From NCBI RefSeq assembly GCF_009914755.1, contig NC_060925.1: 64,000 nt of DNA. One strand, written 5' to 3'. A program made the translations under genes and the position numbers. The stretch's first letter is position 1. Each line of letters starts with the position of its first letter. The notes under the pieces were generated by a model that worked only from the letters and a program-made list of their open reading frames with translations, made no database searches and was not told the DNA's origin. The stretch comes from the human T2T-CHM13v2.0 reference genome, Homo sapiens. This document shows positions 41,082 to 62,275 of this stretch, piece by piece.

Positions 41082-43244
41082 GACCAAATGCAGTTTTAAG
41101 ACTGTATTCTTCTCGTGGTTTAGTTTGCATTAATGCCAAAATATACATGTATTTATTTAATTATTACTTAAAGCACAATACACCTTTGCTTCATCCTTAT
41201 AGATTACAACTAGATAACAACAGCAAAGATTAACATTTTAGACAATCTACTCATTCCAGAGGTCTGGAGGGTCACATGAATTGTCATATGTCAACAACTG
41301 AACCCCAGTCTCTCAATGAGGTGGTCTGAGTTTGGAATCAACTATTCAATGAACAATTTTATTGCAATGTATAGACATGGCTGTACTCTTTTGTATGGAG
41401 ACATTTCATTTAGAATAGTCTGATCCTAGAAGACTAACATCCCTAAACTTAAGGGACCATTTAAGTGGTCTCCACATTAAAAACTATATAAAAACCCATT
41501 TTTCTTCATGCCTCTGAAATTATGAAATCAAGGCTGTAAGATTTATTGTCAACAATATACCTGGTTTCTATTGCCATAGGTGTTATGTTGCATAAATAAA
41601 GATGCTGTATATCTCTAAATAGTTTCCTGTTGGTGGCATAATAAAATGTTTTGTGGTCAACAGGAATTGCTGAATGTAATACAGACTTGGAATTCCATGA
41701 GAAAGACCAGGAAAAGACATGAAATGCACAGTTTTATGAGGCCTAAAATCTGATTTTTGTCTCTGTCACTGACTTCCTGTTTGACTTACAGAAAAATTAC
41801 AAAATTATAAGGTGGAAAAGTCATCTAAATTATTGAGTAGATATACATGCATTTTGTATCCTGCTAACTTCCAAAAGAATTTAATAGAATCATAGATTAA
41901 ATGCCAGAAATATAGGACATAAAAATAAAACACATACTAAAATAACTTATTGAAAGATCTTGAATGCACTGGTATTGTAAATGGTTTTGATATTGGGGCA
42001 TTACTTTTGGCTTTTTTTTTTTTAAGAGGGTGGAATAAAAACAAAGCTAGAAATGCACCCATTCGATAGTCTTAAGGTTTCAACCCAGGTTTTCCAATAA
42101 AGTGGGGTACTTATTTATTTTAGAGGAGTCAATCTTTTTGTTTAATTGAGAGAAAACATTGTATGTTTTATCACATGTAAAATTATGTTTTGATGTTTTT
42201 CCATACATTGTGGAATGGTTAAATCTAATTCACAGATTCTTTACCTCACATCATTATCATTTTTGGGGGTGACAGTGCTTAACATCCACTCTCTTTACAT
42301 TTTTCAAGAATACAATATATTGTTATTAACTATAGTAACCTTGCTGTACAATAGATCTCTTGAAATTTATTCCTGTTATGTAACTAAAAGTATGTGTCAT
42401 TCGGTCAACATCTCCCTCTTCATCACTCACCTGTAACCGCCCAAGCCTCTGGTAGCCACCATTCTGTACTTCTATGAGATTAACTTTTTCAGATTCCACA
42501 TATGAGTGAGATCATGCAGTATTTGTCTTACTGTGCCTGGTTAATTTAACTTAACATAATGTCCTCCAGGTATATCATGTTGTCATGAAAGGCAGGATTT
42601 CATTCCTTTTTGGGGATGAATGTATCCCATTGTGTGTATATACCACATTTTTAAAATCAATTCATTAGTTGATAGACACTTGGGTTGGCTATTATGAATA
42701 TTGCTGCAGTAAACCAAGGAGTGCAGATATCTGCCAACATACTAATTTGATTTCCTTTAGATATACACCCAGGAGTGGGATTGTTGGATCATATGGTAGT
42801 TCTATTTTTAATTTTTAAAGGAATCTCCATATTTTTTTTCCATAATGTCTGTCTTAATTTACATTCCCACCAACAATGTGTAAGGGCTTTCTTTTCTCTA
42901 CATCCTCACCAACACTTTTATTGATTGTCTTTTTGATAGTAGCCATTCTAACTGGAGTAAGGTGATATCTCATTGTGATTTTGAATTGCATTTCCATGAA
43001 GATTAATGACATAGAACATTTTTAAAATTTTTATTATTATTATTATACTTTAAGTTCTAGAGTACATGTGCACAATGTGCAGGCTTGATACATAGGTGTA
43101 TATGTGCCGTGTTGGTTTGCTGCACCCATCAACTCATCATTTACATTAGGTATTTCTGCTAATGCTATCCCACCCCTGCCCCCTACCCCAGGACAGGCCC
43201 TGGTGTGTGATGTTCCCTGCCCTGCATCCAAGTGATCTCATTGT

Positions 43245-47053
<3,809 letters not shown>

Positions 47054-47116
47054 TATGATGTTAGCTGGTTATTTTGCCCATTAATTGATGCAGTTTCTTA
47101 ATAGCAACGATGGTCT

Positions 47117-48143
47117 TTAAGATTTGCGATGTTTTTGCAGTGACTGGTACTGGTTGTTTCTTTCCATGTTTAGTGTTTCCTTCAGGAACTCTTGTAAGGC
47201 AGGCCTGATGGTGACAAAATCTCTCAGCATTTGCTTATCTGTAAAGGATTTTATTTCTCCTTCACTTATGAAGCTTAGTTTGGCTGGATATGAAATTCTG
47301 GGTTGAAAATTCTTTTCTTTTAGGATGTTGAATATTGGCCCCCACTCTCTTCTGGCTTGTAGGGTTTCTGCTGAGAGATCTGCTGTTAGTCTAATGGGCT
47401 TCCCTTTGTGGGTAACTTGACCTTTCCCTCTGGCAGCCCTTAACACTTTTTCATTCATTTCAACACTGGCAAATCTGACAATTATGTGTCTTGGGGTTGC
47501 TCTTCTTGAGGATTATCTCTGTGTTGTTCTCTGTATTTCCTGAATTTGAATGTTGGCTGGCCTTGCTAGGTTGGGGAAGTTCTCCTGGATAATATCCTGA
47601 AGAGTGTTTTCCCACTTGGTTCCATTCTCCCCATCACTTTCAGGTACACCAATCAAATGTACATTTGGTCTTTTTATATAGTCCCAAATTTCTTGGAGGC
47701 TTTGTTCATTTCTTTTTACTCTTTTCTCTCTAGCCTTGTCTTCTTACCTTATTTCATTAATTTGATCTTCAATCACCGATACCCTTTCTTCCGCTTGATT
47801 GAATCAGCTATTGAAGCTTCTGCATGCGTCACGAAGTTCTTGTGCCATGGTTTTCAGCTCCATCAGGTCATTTAAGGTCTTCTCTACACTGTTTACTCTA
47901 GTTAGTCATTCGTCTAATCTTTTTTTCAAGGTTTTTAGCTTTCTTTCAATGGGTTTGAACATCTTTCTTTAGCTCAGAGAAGTCTGTTAATACCAACCTT
48001 CTGAAGCCTACTTCTGTCAATTTGTCAAAGTCATTCTCCGCCCAGCTTTGTTCTGTTGCTGGCGAGGAGCTGCGATCCTTTGGAGGAGAAGAGGCACTCT
48101 GATTTTTAGAAATTTCAGCTTTTCTGCTCTGATTTATCCCCAT
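47117..48143 (-). pseudogene. L1 ORF1, disrupted
   Basis: MGINQSRKAE... begins at 48143 with a premature stop at 47946; C-terminal ORF 47117-47458 (ARREW, YPAKLS). Confidence 0.9.
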
Positions 48144-50818
48144 CTTTGTGGTTTTATCTACCTTTGGTCTTTGATGATGGTGACCCACAGATGGGTTTTT
48201 GGTGTGGATGTCCTTTTTGTTGATGTTGATGCTATTCCTTTCTGTTTGTTAGTTTTCCTTCTAATAATCAGATGCTTCAGCTGCATGTGTGTTGGAGTTT
48301 TCTGGAGGTCCACTCCACATCCTGTTTGCTTGGGTATCACCAGCAGAGGCTGCTGAACAGCAAATATTGTAGAACAGCAAATATTGCTGCCTGATCCTTC
48401 CTCTGGAACGTTCATCCCAGAGGGGCGGCTGCCTACATAAGGTGTCTGTCAGCCCCTACTGGGAGGTGGCTCCCAGTTAGGCTACGTGGGGGTCAGGGAC
48501 CCACTTCAGGAGGCAGTCTGTTCTTTCTCAGAGCTCAAACGCAGTGCTGGGAGAACCGCTGTCTGCTGTCAATCAGGGACGTTTAAGTCTGCAGAAGCCG
48601 TCTGCTGCCTTTTGTTCAGCTATATCCTGCACACAGAGGTGGAGTCTAGAGGCAGTAGGCCTTGTTGAGCTGCGGTGGGTTCTGCCCAGTTTGAGCTTCC
48701 TGGTGGCTTTGTTTACCTACTCAAGTCTCAGTAATTGCAGACGCCCCTCCCCAAGCCAGGCTGCCGCCTTGCAATTCTATCTCAGACTGCTGTGCTACCA
48801 GTTAGCAAGGCTCTGTGGGTGTGGGACCCATCAAGCCAGGCATGGGAGATAATCACCTTGTCAGCTGGTTGCTAAGACCTTGGGAAAAGCAGAGTATTTG
48901 GGCTGGAGTGTCCCGTTTTTCCAGGTAATCTGTCACAGCTTCCTTTGGCTAGGAAAGGGAAATCCCCCGACCCCTTGTGCTTCCCAGGTGAGGGGATTCC
49001 CTGACTTGTGTCAGCTCGTCCCCTGTGGGCTGCACCCACAGTCCAACCCGTCCCAATGAGATGAACCAGGTACCTCAGTTGGAAATGCAGAAGTCACTCG
49101 TCTTCTGCGTTGATCCTGCTGGGAGCTGCAGACCTGAGCTGTTCCTATTCGGCCATCTTGGAACACCCCCGACATAAAGCATTTTTCATTTACCTGTTAG
49201 CCATTTGTATGTCTTCTTTGGAGAAGTGTCTATTCATATTTTTTGCTTATTTTTAAGTCAAATTGTTTGGATTTTTTGCTACTGAGTTATTTGTGTTCCT
49301 TAGATATTTTGGATATTAACCTCTTGTCAGATATATAATTTGCAAATATCTTCTCTTATTCTGTAGGTTATCTATTCACTCTGTTGTTTCCTTTGCTGTT
49401 CAGAGACAATTTGACGTAATATGATTTGTCTATTTTTGCATTTGCTGCCTGTGCTTTTGAGGTCTTTGAAAAATTACTGTCCACACCAATGTTATAAAGC
49501 ATTTATTTACCCAATGTTTTCTTCCAGGAGTTTTATAGTTTCGAGTTTTATAGTTATATAGTTTTATAGTTTCAAGTCTTAAATTTAAGTCTTTAATCCA
49601 TTTTGAGTTGATTTTTTAATATGGTGAGAATATGGTGAGAGATAAGGGTCTAATTTCATTCTTCTGAATGTGGATATCCAGTTTTCCCAAAACCATTTAT
49701 TGAAGAGACTCTCCTTTCTCAATGTATGTTCTTGACATCTTTGTCAAAAATGAGTTGGATATAAATGCATGGATTTCTATTTGGGCTCTCTGGTCAGTTC
49801 CATTGGTCTATATGTCTGTTTTTATGCCAGTATCATGCTGTTTGGTTACTATAACTTTGTATACTTTTAAAAAAATTCTTTTTTGACAAGTCATGATGGA
49901 TATAGTATACTTTCACATAAGGCAATATGATGCCTCCAGCTTTGTTATTTATGTTGAAGATGGTTTTGAGTACTAAGGGTCTTTTGTGGTTCCCCTACAC
50001 ATTTTAGGACTTTTTTCTATTTCTGTGAAGAATGTCATTGTGACTTTGATAGAGATTGCATTAAATCTGTTGATATTTTTGGGTAGTATGGACGTTTTAG
50101 CTATATTAATTCTTCCAGTCTCTGAACACAGAATATTATTCCTTTTATTTGTGCCTTTTTCAATTTCTTTCAAAACTGTTTTATAGTTTTAATTTTATTT
50201 CTAGGTATTTTATTTTTATTTTTTGAAGATGTTGTAAATGGAATTTTCTTAATTTTTTCAGAAAATTTTCTGATTTTTGTACGTTGATTCTGAATCCAGG
50301 AGCTTTACTGAATTTATTAGTTCTAGCAGGTTTTGGTGGTTTTTAGGGTTTCCTACATATAAGATCATGTCATCTGCAAATAGGGACACTAACATTCTCC
50401 TTTACAATTTAGATGCCTTTTTTTTTCTTTTGTTTGCCTAATTGTTTGGATAAGGATTTTGGTACTATATTGAACAGAAGCAAAAGCGGGCCTCATTATC
50501 TTGTCCCAGATCTTAGAGAAAAGGCTTTTAATTTTCTCCTGTTTGGTATAAAGTTAACTGTGGGTTTATCATATATGGCCTTCATTGCTTTTAGGAATGT
50601 TCCTTCTATACCCAGTTTTTTGAGGTCTTTTATCATGGAGAGATGTTCAATTTCATTCAATGCTTTTTCATCACCTATTGAAAGGATTTTGTGGGGTTTT
50701 TTTTTTTTTTTGGTTCTGATGATGTGAGGAATCATAATTTTTGATTGGTATATGTTGAACCATCCTTGCATTCCTGAAATGAATGGCATTTAATCATGGT
50801 AAATAATCTTTTTTTAAT

Positions 50819-53881
<3,063 letters not shown>

Positions 53882-56800
53882 TAATCTTTTTTTAATGTGT
53901 TTTTTAATTTGGCTTGTAGTATTTTATTGAAATTTTTGCATTTACGTTTATCTGGGATATTAGCCTATAGTGTTTTTGTTGTTGTTGTTGTTGTTGTGTC
54001 TTTATCTGGTTTTGACATTACAGTAATGCTGGTCTTCCTATAATTTATTTGGAAGTATTCCCTACTCTTCTAATTTGGGGGGATAATTTGAGAAGAATTG
54101 GTATTCAGGAGTGAAGCCATCTAGTCCTAGGCTTTTCATTGATCAGAGACTTTCTATTACTGCTTTAATCTTGTTACTCATTATTGAGCTGTTCAGGTTT
54201 TCTTTTTATTCATGGTTCAGTCTTGGCAGGTTGTATGTGTCCAGGAATTTATTCATTTCTTCTAGGTTTTTCAATTTTTTTTTAGTATAACTGTTCATTA
54301 GTCTTATCATTCTTTGTATCTGTGGTATTGTAATCTCTCCTTTTTCATCTCTGAGTTGCTTTATCTGGGACTTCTCTCTATTTTTCTTAGGGTAGCTAAA
54401 GGATTTTTTGAAAATTTTGTTTTCTCAAAATATCAACTTTTCATTTTTTTGACCTCAAATGTTATTTGTTTATTTCTGCTCTGAGATGTTATTTTGTTTA
54501 TTTCTACTCTGAGCTTTGCTATTTCTATTTTTCTGCTAATTATGAGCTTAGTTGTTTCTTGTTTTTCTAGTTCCTTGAGGTGCAATGGTAAGTTGTTTAT
54601 TGAAATCTTTCTTTTTTTGATGTAGGTGTGTATCATTATAAACTTCCCTCTTAGAACTGCTTTTAGTGTTTTTCATAAATTTTGGCATATTTTATGTCCA
54701 TTTTTATTTGTCTTAAGAATTTTTTAAATATCCTTTTTTACTTCTTCATTGATTCATTGGTTGTTCAAAAGCACGTTGTTTAATTTCCACATATTTGTAA
54801 AATTTCTAGTATTTGTTCTATTATTGATTTTCAGTTATATACCATTGTTGTCCAAAAGATGCATGACATAATTTTTTTCTTCTAAAATGTTCTAAAACTT
54901 GTTTTGTAGCTTAATATAATCTATCCTGGAGAATGCTCTGTGTGCAGTTGAGAAGACTCTGTGTTCTGCAGCTGTTGGATTGAGTGTTCTGTAAATGTCT
55001 GTTAGGTTCATTTGGTCTAGAATGCAGTTTAAATTAAATCTTTCTATATTAATTTTCTGTCCAGATGATCTTTCCATTGCTGAAAACTGGGTCTTAAAGT
55101 CCCCTACTGTTATTGTATTGCAGTCTATCTCTCCCTTTAAATATATTAATAATCACATATATTTCAGTGCTCCAGTGTTGGCTGCATATATGTTTACAAT
55201 TGTATCCTTTTGCTGAATTTGCCCCTTTATTATAAATATGATGACCTACTTCTTCTCTTTTTACAGATTTTGACTTGAAGTCTATCTTATGTTATATATG
55301 TATAGCTACCCCTGCTTTGTTTTGATTTTCATTTGCATAGAATATCTTCCCATCTTTTCACTTTCAGTCTATGTATTTTCTTACAAGTGAAGTGAGTCCC
55401 TTGTAGGCAGCATATAGTTGAGTGCTCTTGTTATTTATACCATCAGTCACTCTCTTTTAATTAAAAATTTCAATTCATTTACATTTAAAATAATTTTTAA
55501 TTTGTAAGAGCATACTACTGCCATTTTGTTCATTGTTTTCTAGTTGTTTCATAGATCTTTTTTCCTTTCTTCCTTCTTAGTGTCTTTCTCTGTGGTTAAG
55601 TGATATTCTCTAGTAGTATGTTTTTATTCCTTGCTTTTTATTTTTAGTGTATATATTTATCATAGGTTTTTGCTTTGTGCTTACCTTGAGGCTTACAAAA
55701 AAATCTTATAGTTATAACACATTAAATTAAATTGATAACAACTTTCTCTGGTTGCTAAAAATAAATATAACCAACAAATGGAAATCCTACTCTACACTTT
55801 ATTTCCACCTTCACACATACATTTTGAATTTTTGATGTCATAATTTACAACTATTTGTAAATAACTTATAAATCATTATTACAACTAAGTTACAAATTAT
55901 TGCTTATTCCTTAACCAATTTTGTAGTTATTATTATTTTTAATTGTTTTGTATTTTCATCTTAAAAGATATAGGTTATTTACATACCATGATTGTAGTAT
56001 TAGAGTATTTTCAATTCACCTGCATACATACTTGTACCAGTGAATTTGATACCATCGGACGTTTTCATGTGTCTCATTAGAGTGCTTTTCTTTTAGTTTG
56101 AAATGCTGCCTAGCATTTCTTGTCAGGTAGGTCTGGATGGTGATAAACTCCTTCAGCTTTAGTTGCCTGGGAGAGTCTTTATTTATCCCTCATTTCTGAA
56201 AGATAGCTTTGTTGGGTACAGTATTTTCAGTTGAGATTTTTTTTTTTCTTCAGCACTTTAGATACATTATTCCACTCCTTCCTGGCCTGTGAGCTTTCTC
56301 CTGAGAAGTATACTGTTGGGCATATTGGAACTTTCTTACATGTTATTTTCTTCTATTCTCTTGCTGATTTCAGGATTCTTTGTCTTTGATTTTTAACAGT
56401 TTGATTCTAATACACCTTGGGGTAGTCTTATTTGAATTGCTTCTAATTGGTGACTTTTGACCTTTTTGTATCTGTATCTTTCCCCAGGTTTGAAAAGTTT
56501 TCTGCTATTATTTTTTAAAATAAGCTTTCTATCTCTTTGTGTTTCTTTACTCCCTCTTTAATTCTAGTGAACAAAACTTTGCCCTTTCAGTGTTGTCCTA
56601 TACATTCTGTATGCTTTCTTCATTTTTTTCTTCTATGACTGTATATTTTCAATTAGAGTCTCTTCAAGCTCACTGATTTTTTTCTTCTTCTTGATCAATT
56701 CTGCTGTTGATACTTTCTATTGCAATTTTCACTTTATTTGTTGTATTCTTCAGCTCCAGAATTTTTGTTTATTTGGTTTTTGTTATTTTAAACTCTCAAA

Positions 56801-58199
56801 TTTCTCTGATACATTTCTGAATTGTTTCTCTATATTTTATTAAAATTCACCAAGCTTCCTTAAGACAGCTATTTTGAACTGTCAGGCAGAACATACATCT
56901 CCATCTCTTTAGGGTCAGTTACTGGCATCTCATTTTGTCTGGTTGGAGATGTTATGTTTCTCTGATTGTAATCTTTGTGGCTACTTATTGATGTATGTGC
57001 ATTGAATATGTAGGGTATTTTGGCTTCAGTCTTTGTAGTCTGGCTTTGTCTGTACCCATCTTTGGGGAGTAGGGCTATATAGAAATTCTGTGCTGACTGT
57101 TTTGGTCTCTTAATCTTCAACCACTACAGTCATTGCAGTGCAAGAGGGCATGCTAAACTGGGTTCTGCTACTCCTGGCACCAAGGTTTGAGAATTAGTTG
57201 CTGTCAGCCCCAACCCCATTTTTGGTTTCAAAATGACTCCTGATGAGCTAGCCCTGCCAGCACTTAAAATGCTTCCCTTGGAATAAGACCAGAGTGAGTC
57301 TTTGACAAAGGGTTCCAGAATGATGAAGAAGCTGAATGTCCAGGTCAACTTACTTTTTCTGTTGTAGAAACAGAAGTCCAGGGGACTTCTCCATGTGTGG
57401 TGCTGTGCAGACTCTGGGGATGAGCACTGCAGTAAAAGATAATTTTTCCCCTTACGGTCTAAATGTGCATTTTTCCTCAGTTCTACAATCCAAAGGGATA
57501 TCACATTTTCACTCCAAGTTCTGGGATGTTCATGGTGGTAATCTTGCCTCTGGATAGCTACTAGTTGTTGAGAAGAAAAGATGGAGAACTCTTAATCTTC
57601 CATTTTGCTAAAGTCACTCCACAAAGGAGTCAATCTTGCTTCCAACTGCCAGGCAGGGAAGGAACTGGATGTTTGCCTTTTTCAGTTCCCATTACTTCTA
57701 TTGCCACACGGTTTAATGAGTTTTTATTCATGGCTGCCCCCCTCATTGGTTAGGTGATGTAACATGCTTGAGATTAACAAGTTATGGCTGTGTTTAACTT
57801 ACATGCCTAAGCTCAGCCATTATTTTTCAAGCATGTCAGTTATTCAAGAGTTGGCTGGGCCTGGGGAAGCTTCTAGCCTCAGTCACAATCTGGGCCATTA
57901 CCAGCTTTTCTTCAAAAACCCAGATCAACATAAGAATCTTACTTCTGCCCTTATGAATTTAGTTTGGGGCCCTTATTTTCCTTTCTTCCAGTAACTCTCA
58001 ATTAGGTTATTCCTAATGGTAACATTGAACTTCAAATGAGTCTCTTTTCTTCTCATTCAAGGAGGATTTTTTAAGTTTGTCCACTTCCTTTTCAGGAATG
58101 AGGATTATGTACCAAGGAATACTGAGACGGGGTGTTTCTTGAAAACCTAAGAGACCACATAAACTATATTTCAGGACAGCAAGTGCCTAATAGACTTAC

Positions 58200-58970
58200 A
58201 TTGTATTCATTTGTACAGAAAACATTTAAGAATGCTTACAATCTGCCAGGCACTGTTTTAGACTCCAAGGAAACAGCAGTAAATAAATCTGAACAATTCC
58301 CTGCAGTCATGGGGTTTACAATCTAGTGGAAAAGAATGATGAACAAACATCATGATATCTTATGGCTGGTGGTGGTAGATGTGAAAATAAAGCAATTGAC
58401 TATAGAACGAGATGGGTTATTTTAAGTAGGGCTGTCACAGAAGTGACAATTTAACATTGAATAAAGTGAGGAAAGAGGCTATGTGGAATCTCAAGGAAGA
58501 AAATTATAGAAAAATAGCACATGGACAGCCCTGTAGTCAGAACATGCTTGGCAAACTCAAATAACAGCAATCAGGTCAGTGTGTTTGGAGAAGAGTGAGC
58601 AAGGGGATGTTACAGATGAGGTCAGAAAGATGGTTGGGGGCAAAAATTGTAGAGTCTTGGAGGTTATGGTAAGAGCTCTAAATTTAACTCTACATGAGAT
58701 AAAGCCTTTGAAAGGTTTTGAGGAGAGAACAGACACAATCTGATTTATACTTTAGAAAAAACCCTGACCATTATAGGGTCTTCAAAAATAATTTGATAAC
58801 ATGTGGAGAATGAAATGTGGGGAATGGGTGGGGCATAGAAGAGAGGACACAGGGAGAATAGAAGTAATTGAGAAAATAAAGGACTGATAATTGACCTTTA
58901 GATTTCACATGATGGAGATTATTAGTGACCTTGAGGAGAACAGTTTTATTAGACTGGTGGAGACAACAGT
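58200..58970 (-). mobile_element. L2 remnant
   Basis: cattt...tgcttacaatctgccaggcactgtttta...gtttacaatctagtgg; attgacctttagattt...ggagattattagtgaccttgaggagaacagttt. Confidence 0.75.
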
Positions 58971-59185
58971 TTCCTGCGCAGTCCATGTCCCACTGCTTCT
59001 TTCATCAACTGGCTTTGAGAATCTAGTGGAATTCATTCATTCAGCATGACATTGTTTTAACTGGGCAATTATTGTGTGTCAAGGACTGTGATTCTTACTA
59101 GATATACAATAGATTAATGAAGCATTGGTTTTTTCACTCATCACCAAATAGAAAACACAGATAAGCAAAATAATAAATTATAACC

Positions 59186-59605
59186 TGTATTAGTTTCTTC
59201 TTGTGTGGCTATAAAGAAATAGATACTTGGTGATTTATAAAGAAAAAGTGGTTTAATTGGTGCAGAGTTCTGCAGGCTGTAAAGAAATCCTGGTGCTGGC
59301 ATCTGCTTGGCTTCTAATAAGGCCTCAGGGAGCTTACAATCATGCTGGAAGGTGAAGGGGAGCCAGCACATCACATGGCAGGGAGGGAGTTAGAGAGAGA
59401 GTGGGGGAGGTCCCAGACTATTTTAAACAACCAGATCTCTCATGAACTAACTAAGTGAGAACATATTCATCATCAAGGGGATGGCACTAAGATTTTCATG
59501 AGGGATCCACTCCAGATCCAATACCTTTCACTAGGCCCTGCCTCAAATACTGGGGATTACATCTGAACATGATATTTTGAGAAGACAAATATACAAACCA
59601 TATCA
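59186..59605 (-). mobile_element. MST (MSTB-like) MaLR solo LTR
   Basis: TGTATTAGT...AAACCATATCA ends; 5-bp TSD TAACC at 59181-59185 and 59606-59610. Confidence 0.88.
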
Positions 59606-59879
59606 TAACCCAATATAGTCAACAGATTATTCTTTTGTTGGAATAAAACATATCCAATATGTGCTCAGTCACATTTCTTCATGAGTGTTTAAGCCATCTG
59701 GAAACTGTCAGAAGCCTAGGAAACACATCAAAACATGCTTTTTTTTTCTCCCTTAAGTTGCATATTTCTAAAAAGAAAACCTAAATCATTAAATGGTTTT
59801 ACATGTAAAAGTCTCACATGATGCAAAGTGATTTTTTTTGTTAGTTTGTTTTACAATTATTGGCTATTGTCTCATCCCA

Positions 59880-60115
59880 TTCACGTAAGATTTATATAGG
59901 GTGATGTGGTTGTTTCCATTTCGTGGAACAGAAGAGAAGGCGACGTAAAGGATGAAAATGAGAGATAACCGTGTGATAGAAAGGACCCTTATAAATCTAG
60001 GGCAGGGTCTTTATGTCATCAAACGACACAAGAGCCCCGTAAACCAAGGAAAAGGGCATATTTGAGTGACTACACCATAACCCATTCAAATAAACACCCT
60101 AACTGCATTTATCTG
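59880..60115. promoter_or_regulatory. Candidate enhancer island
   Basis: Seven CpGs in about 160 bp; posterior HOX/CDX-like CGTAAA twice, TTATAAA, CCATAA; forkhead TAAACA; GATA sites. Confidence 0.35.
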
Positions 60116-60583
60116 AATGTTTTATGTGCTCAAGAGAGAGTGTGTATATGTGCATGTGTTTGTGTATGTATGTGTGTGTGTGTTCGATGTGTATGTGTTT
60201 GTGTGGGCATATAATTTAATTAGTGAGGCTGTGTTTATTCAAGTATGTAGCATTGCACATATACATACAGCACACATGTGGCTAGAGATCTTTCATACCT
60301 TCATTCTTAAAAATGATGTAAGTAGAAAAATTATACAAACCATAAAAATCAAATCATACTAGCTGACATGCGTATAACTTCAGAGATGCTTAAAGGAAAT
60401 TTACAGCTGAAATCACTGCTTTGGAACCTGAAACTATGGATTCAACTGAGTGGCTAGATGTAGTCCATTTAGAAGCACTTAGAATAGTCACAAACATGAC
60501 TAAAGAGATTGGAAAATCAGATTTATATGAAAATGTTAAAGCAACAAGATTACATAACAAGGAAAAGAGCAAAATGAGTAGTT

Positions 60584-60636
60584 ATTACTTTTTGAAATAT
60601 ACAAATTACTTTTTGAAATACACAAATCACTTTTTG
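60584..60636. repeat. 21-bp tandem repeat, about 2.5 copies
   Basis: ATTACTTTTTGAAATA(T/C)ACAA at 60584 and 60605, partial copy at 60626. Confidence 0.9.
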
Positions 60637-60989
60637 TGAGATACACTAAAAGATGATAAACTACATTTTCTGACAACATAAGAAACACATATAGAAGTAG
60701 ATACAGAAAATGTTGTCTTATTAAGGAGGTTGGTCAAATAGTGAACTACGTTACAGAAGTGGAGAGGGAGATCTTATTTCAGTTCATCAGATGTTTTTTA
60801 ACATGTGAACAATCATGAAGATACTGAAATTTTTCTAGGAACTTACTCTTTTCTCAAAGCTCTAGTTTCCTCTCTTGGCCCTCTAGTGAAGCATGGTAAG
60901 CATAGGTTCTCACGACTGCTATGAGAGTAGGAAGTGAGGGCAGAGAATTAAAGAACTGACAACTCCAACTGTTGTCTAGTATCTTAAGT

Positions 60990-61600
60990 AACCGGAATTC
61001 TCACACACTGCTGGTAGGAGTAGAAAATGGTACAAATGCTTTGAAAAATGGTTTAAATTGCCATAAAATTAAGCATGCCTCTACCCTATAACCCGCCACT
61101 TCTACTCTTAGGCATTTTACCTATGAGAAACAAAATCATATGCCCACAAAAAAACTTGTGCAAGAATGTTTATAAAACCTTTATTCAAGGAGAATAAGAA
61201 CTGGCAACAACCCAAATGCCTACCAATAGGTGAATAAATAAACTAATTGTGATAAATTCATAGAGTAGAATATTACTCAGCAGTAAAAAAAAACAAACTA
61301 TGGGTATATACAACAATATGGATGAATCTCAAAAGCATTTTTAAGTGAAAGAAACCAGAAACAAAATAGTAGATACTGTATAATTCCATTTATATTAAAT
61401 ACAAGAATAGGTAAACTTAATCTATGGTGATGGAAATCAGAATAGTGAGTGCCTATTAGCGGTGGGAGTTGATGGGCCAGGAACAAAAGAAAACTTTTAG
61501 GATGATTAAGGTTATGTACACAGGAGTGCATTTGTTAAACCTCATCAAAATGTGCACCTAAAATTTGTGCATTTTAGTTTGTGTAGATTTTACTTTAATT
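60990..61600 (+). mobile_element. Ancient L1ME-like 3' end
   Basis: ggaattctcacacactgctggtaggagt...caacccaaatgcc...atggatgaatctcaaaagcatt...atctatggtgatggaaatcagaatagtg. Confidence 0.75.
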
Positions 61601-62275
61601 AACATAATGAAATCTTCAAAACCCTCCAATAGCTTATCATTTAGCTTGAAATTAAATTTTTTTTACATGTCTTCTAAGAGCCAGTGTGATCTAAGTTTTC
61701 ACTTTCTCTTAGACCTTGTCGCCTATCAGTCTTCCCCTTACATGCTCCTTTCCAACTTCACAAGTCTCTTTCCTGATTCCTTGTCGGTATCTTCCTAACT
61801 TAAGACCTTATGCTGCTCTTCCTTCTGCTAGGAAACTTCCTCCTCTGTGGATCAGTATAATCAGCTTCCTCACTTACTTCAGATCTTTTTTCAAATGTCA
61901 ACTCATTAGAGTGTTCCTGAAACATCCTTTCTAAAATATCAACAACTGTCCCCAACACACACACACACATTTCATCACTCTTTATCTTTTCTTCCTTTCA
62001 AAGCACATGTCAATCCCAGACATTAAAATACAATATATATTGATATTATATATTTATATATTACATATTTTATTGTCTTTCTTTCTCCCTAGAATGAGGA
62101 AATCTGCAACCATAACCTTTGTTATTCACTGATGTATCCCCTAGTGCCTAGAAAAATGTCTGTACATAGATATTCAACAAATATGTGTTTAATGACTGAA
62201 TAGTTAAGTGAAGCTTAGATAACCAAAGTAATAGTATAGAGGAGATGCAGACATCTGATGGGAAAACAAACTAAA

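Noticed and set aside
48734-48805. L1 ORF0 in the L1PA6 5'UTR
   Set aside because: The start codon position reads ATT and an in-frame TAG occurs at codon 24, so it is not intact.
49530-49642. Short duplications inside L1MA (GTTTTATAGTTTC twice; ATATGGTGAGA twice)
   Set aside because: Ordinary slippage in a decaying repeat.
60421-60639. 72-aa ORF with protein-like composition
   Set aside because: Non-ATG start; resembles a decayed L3/CR1 3' region and ends in the 21-bp tandem repeat.
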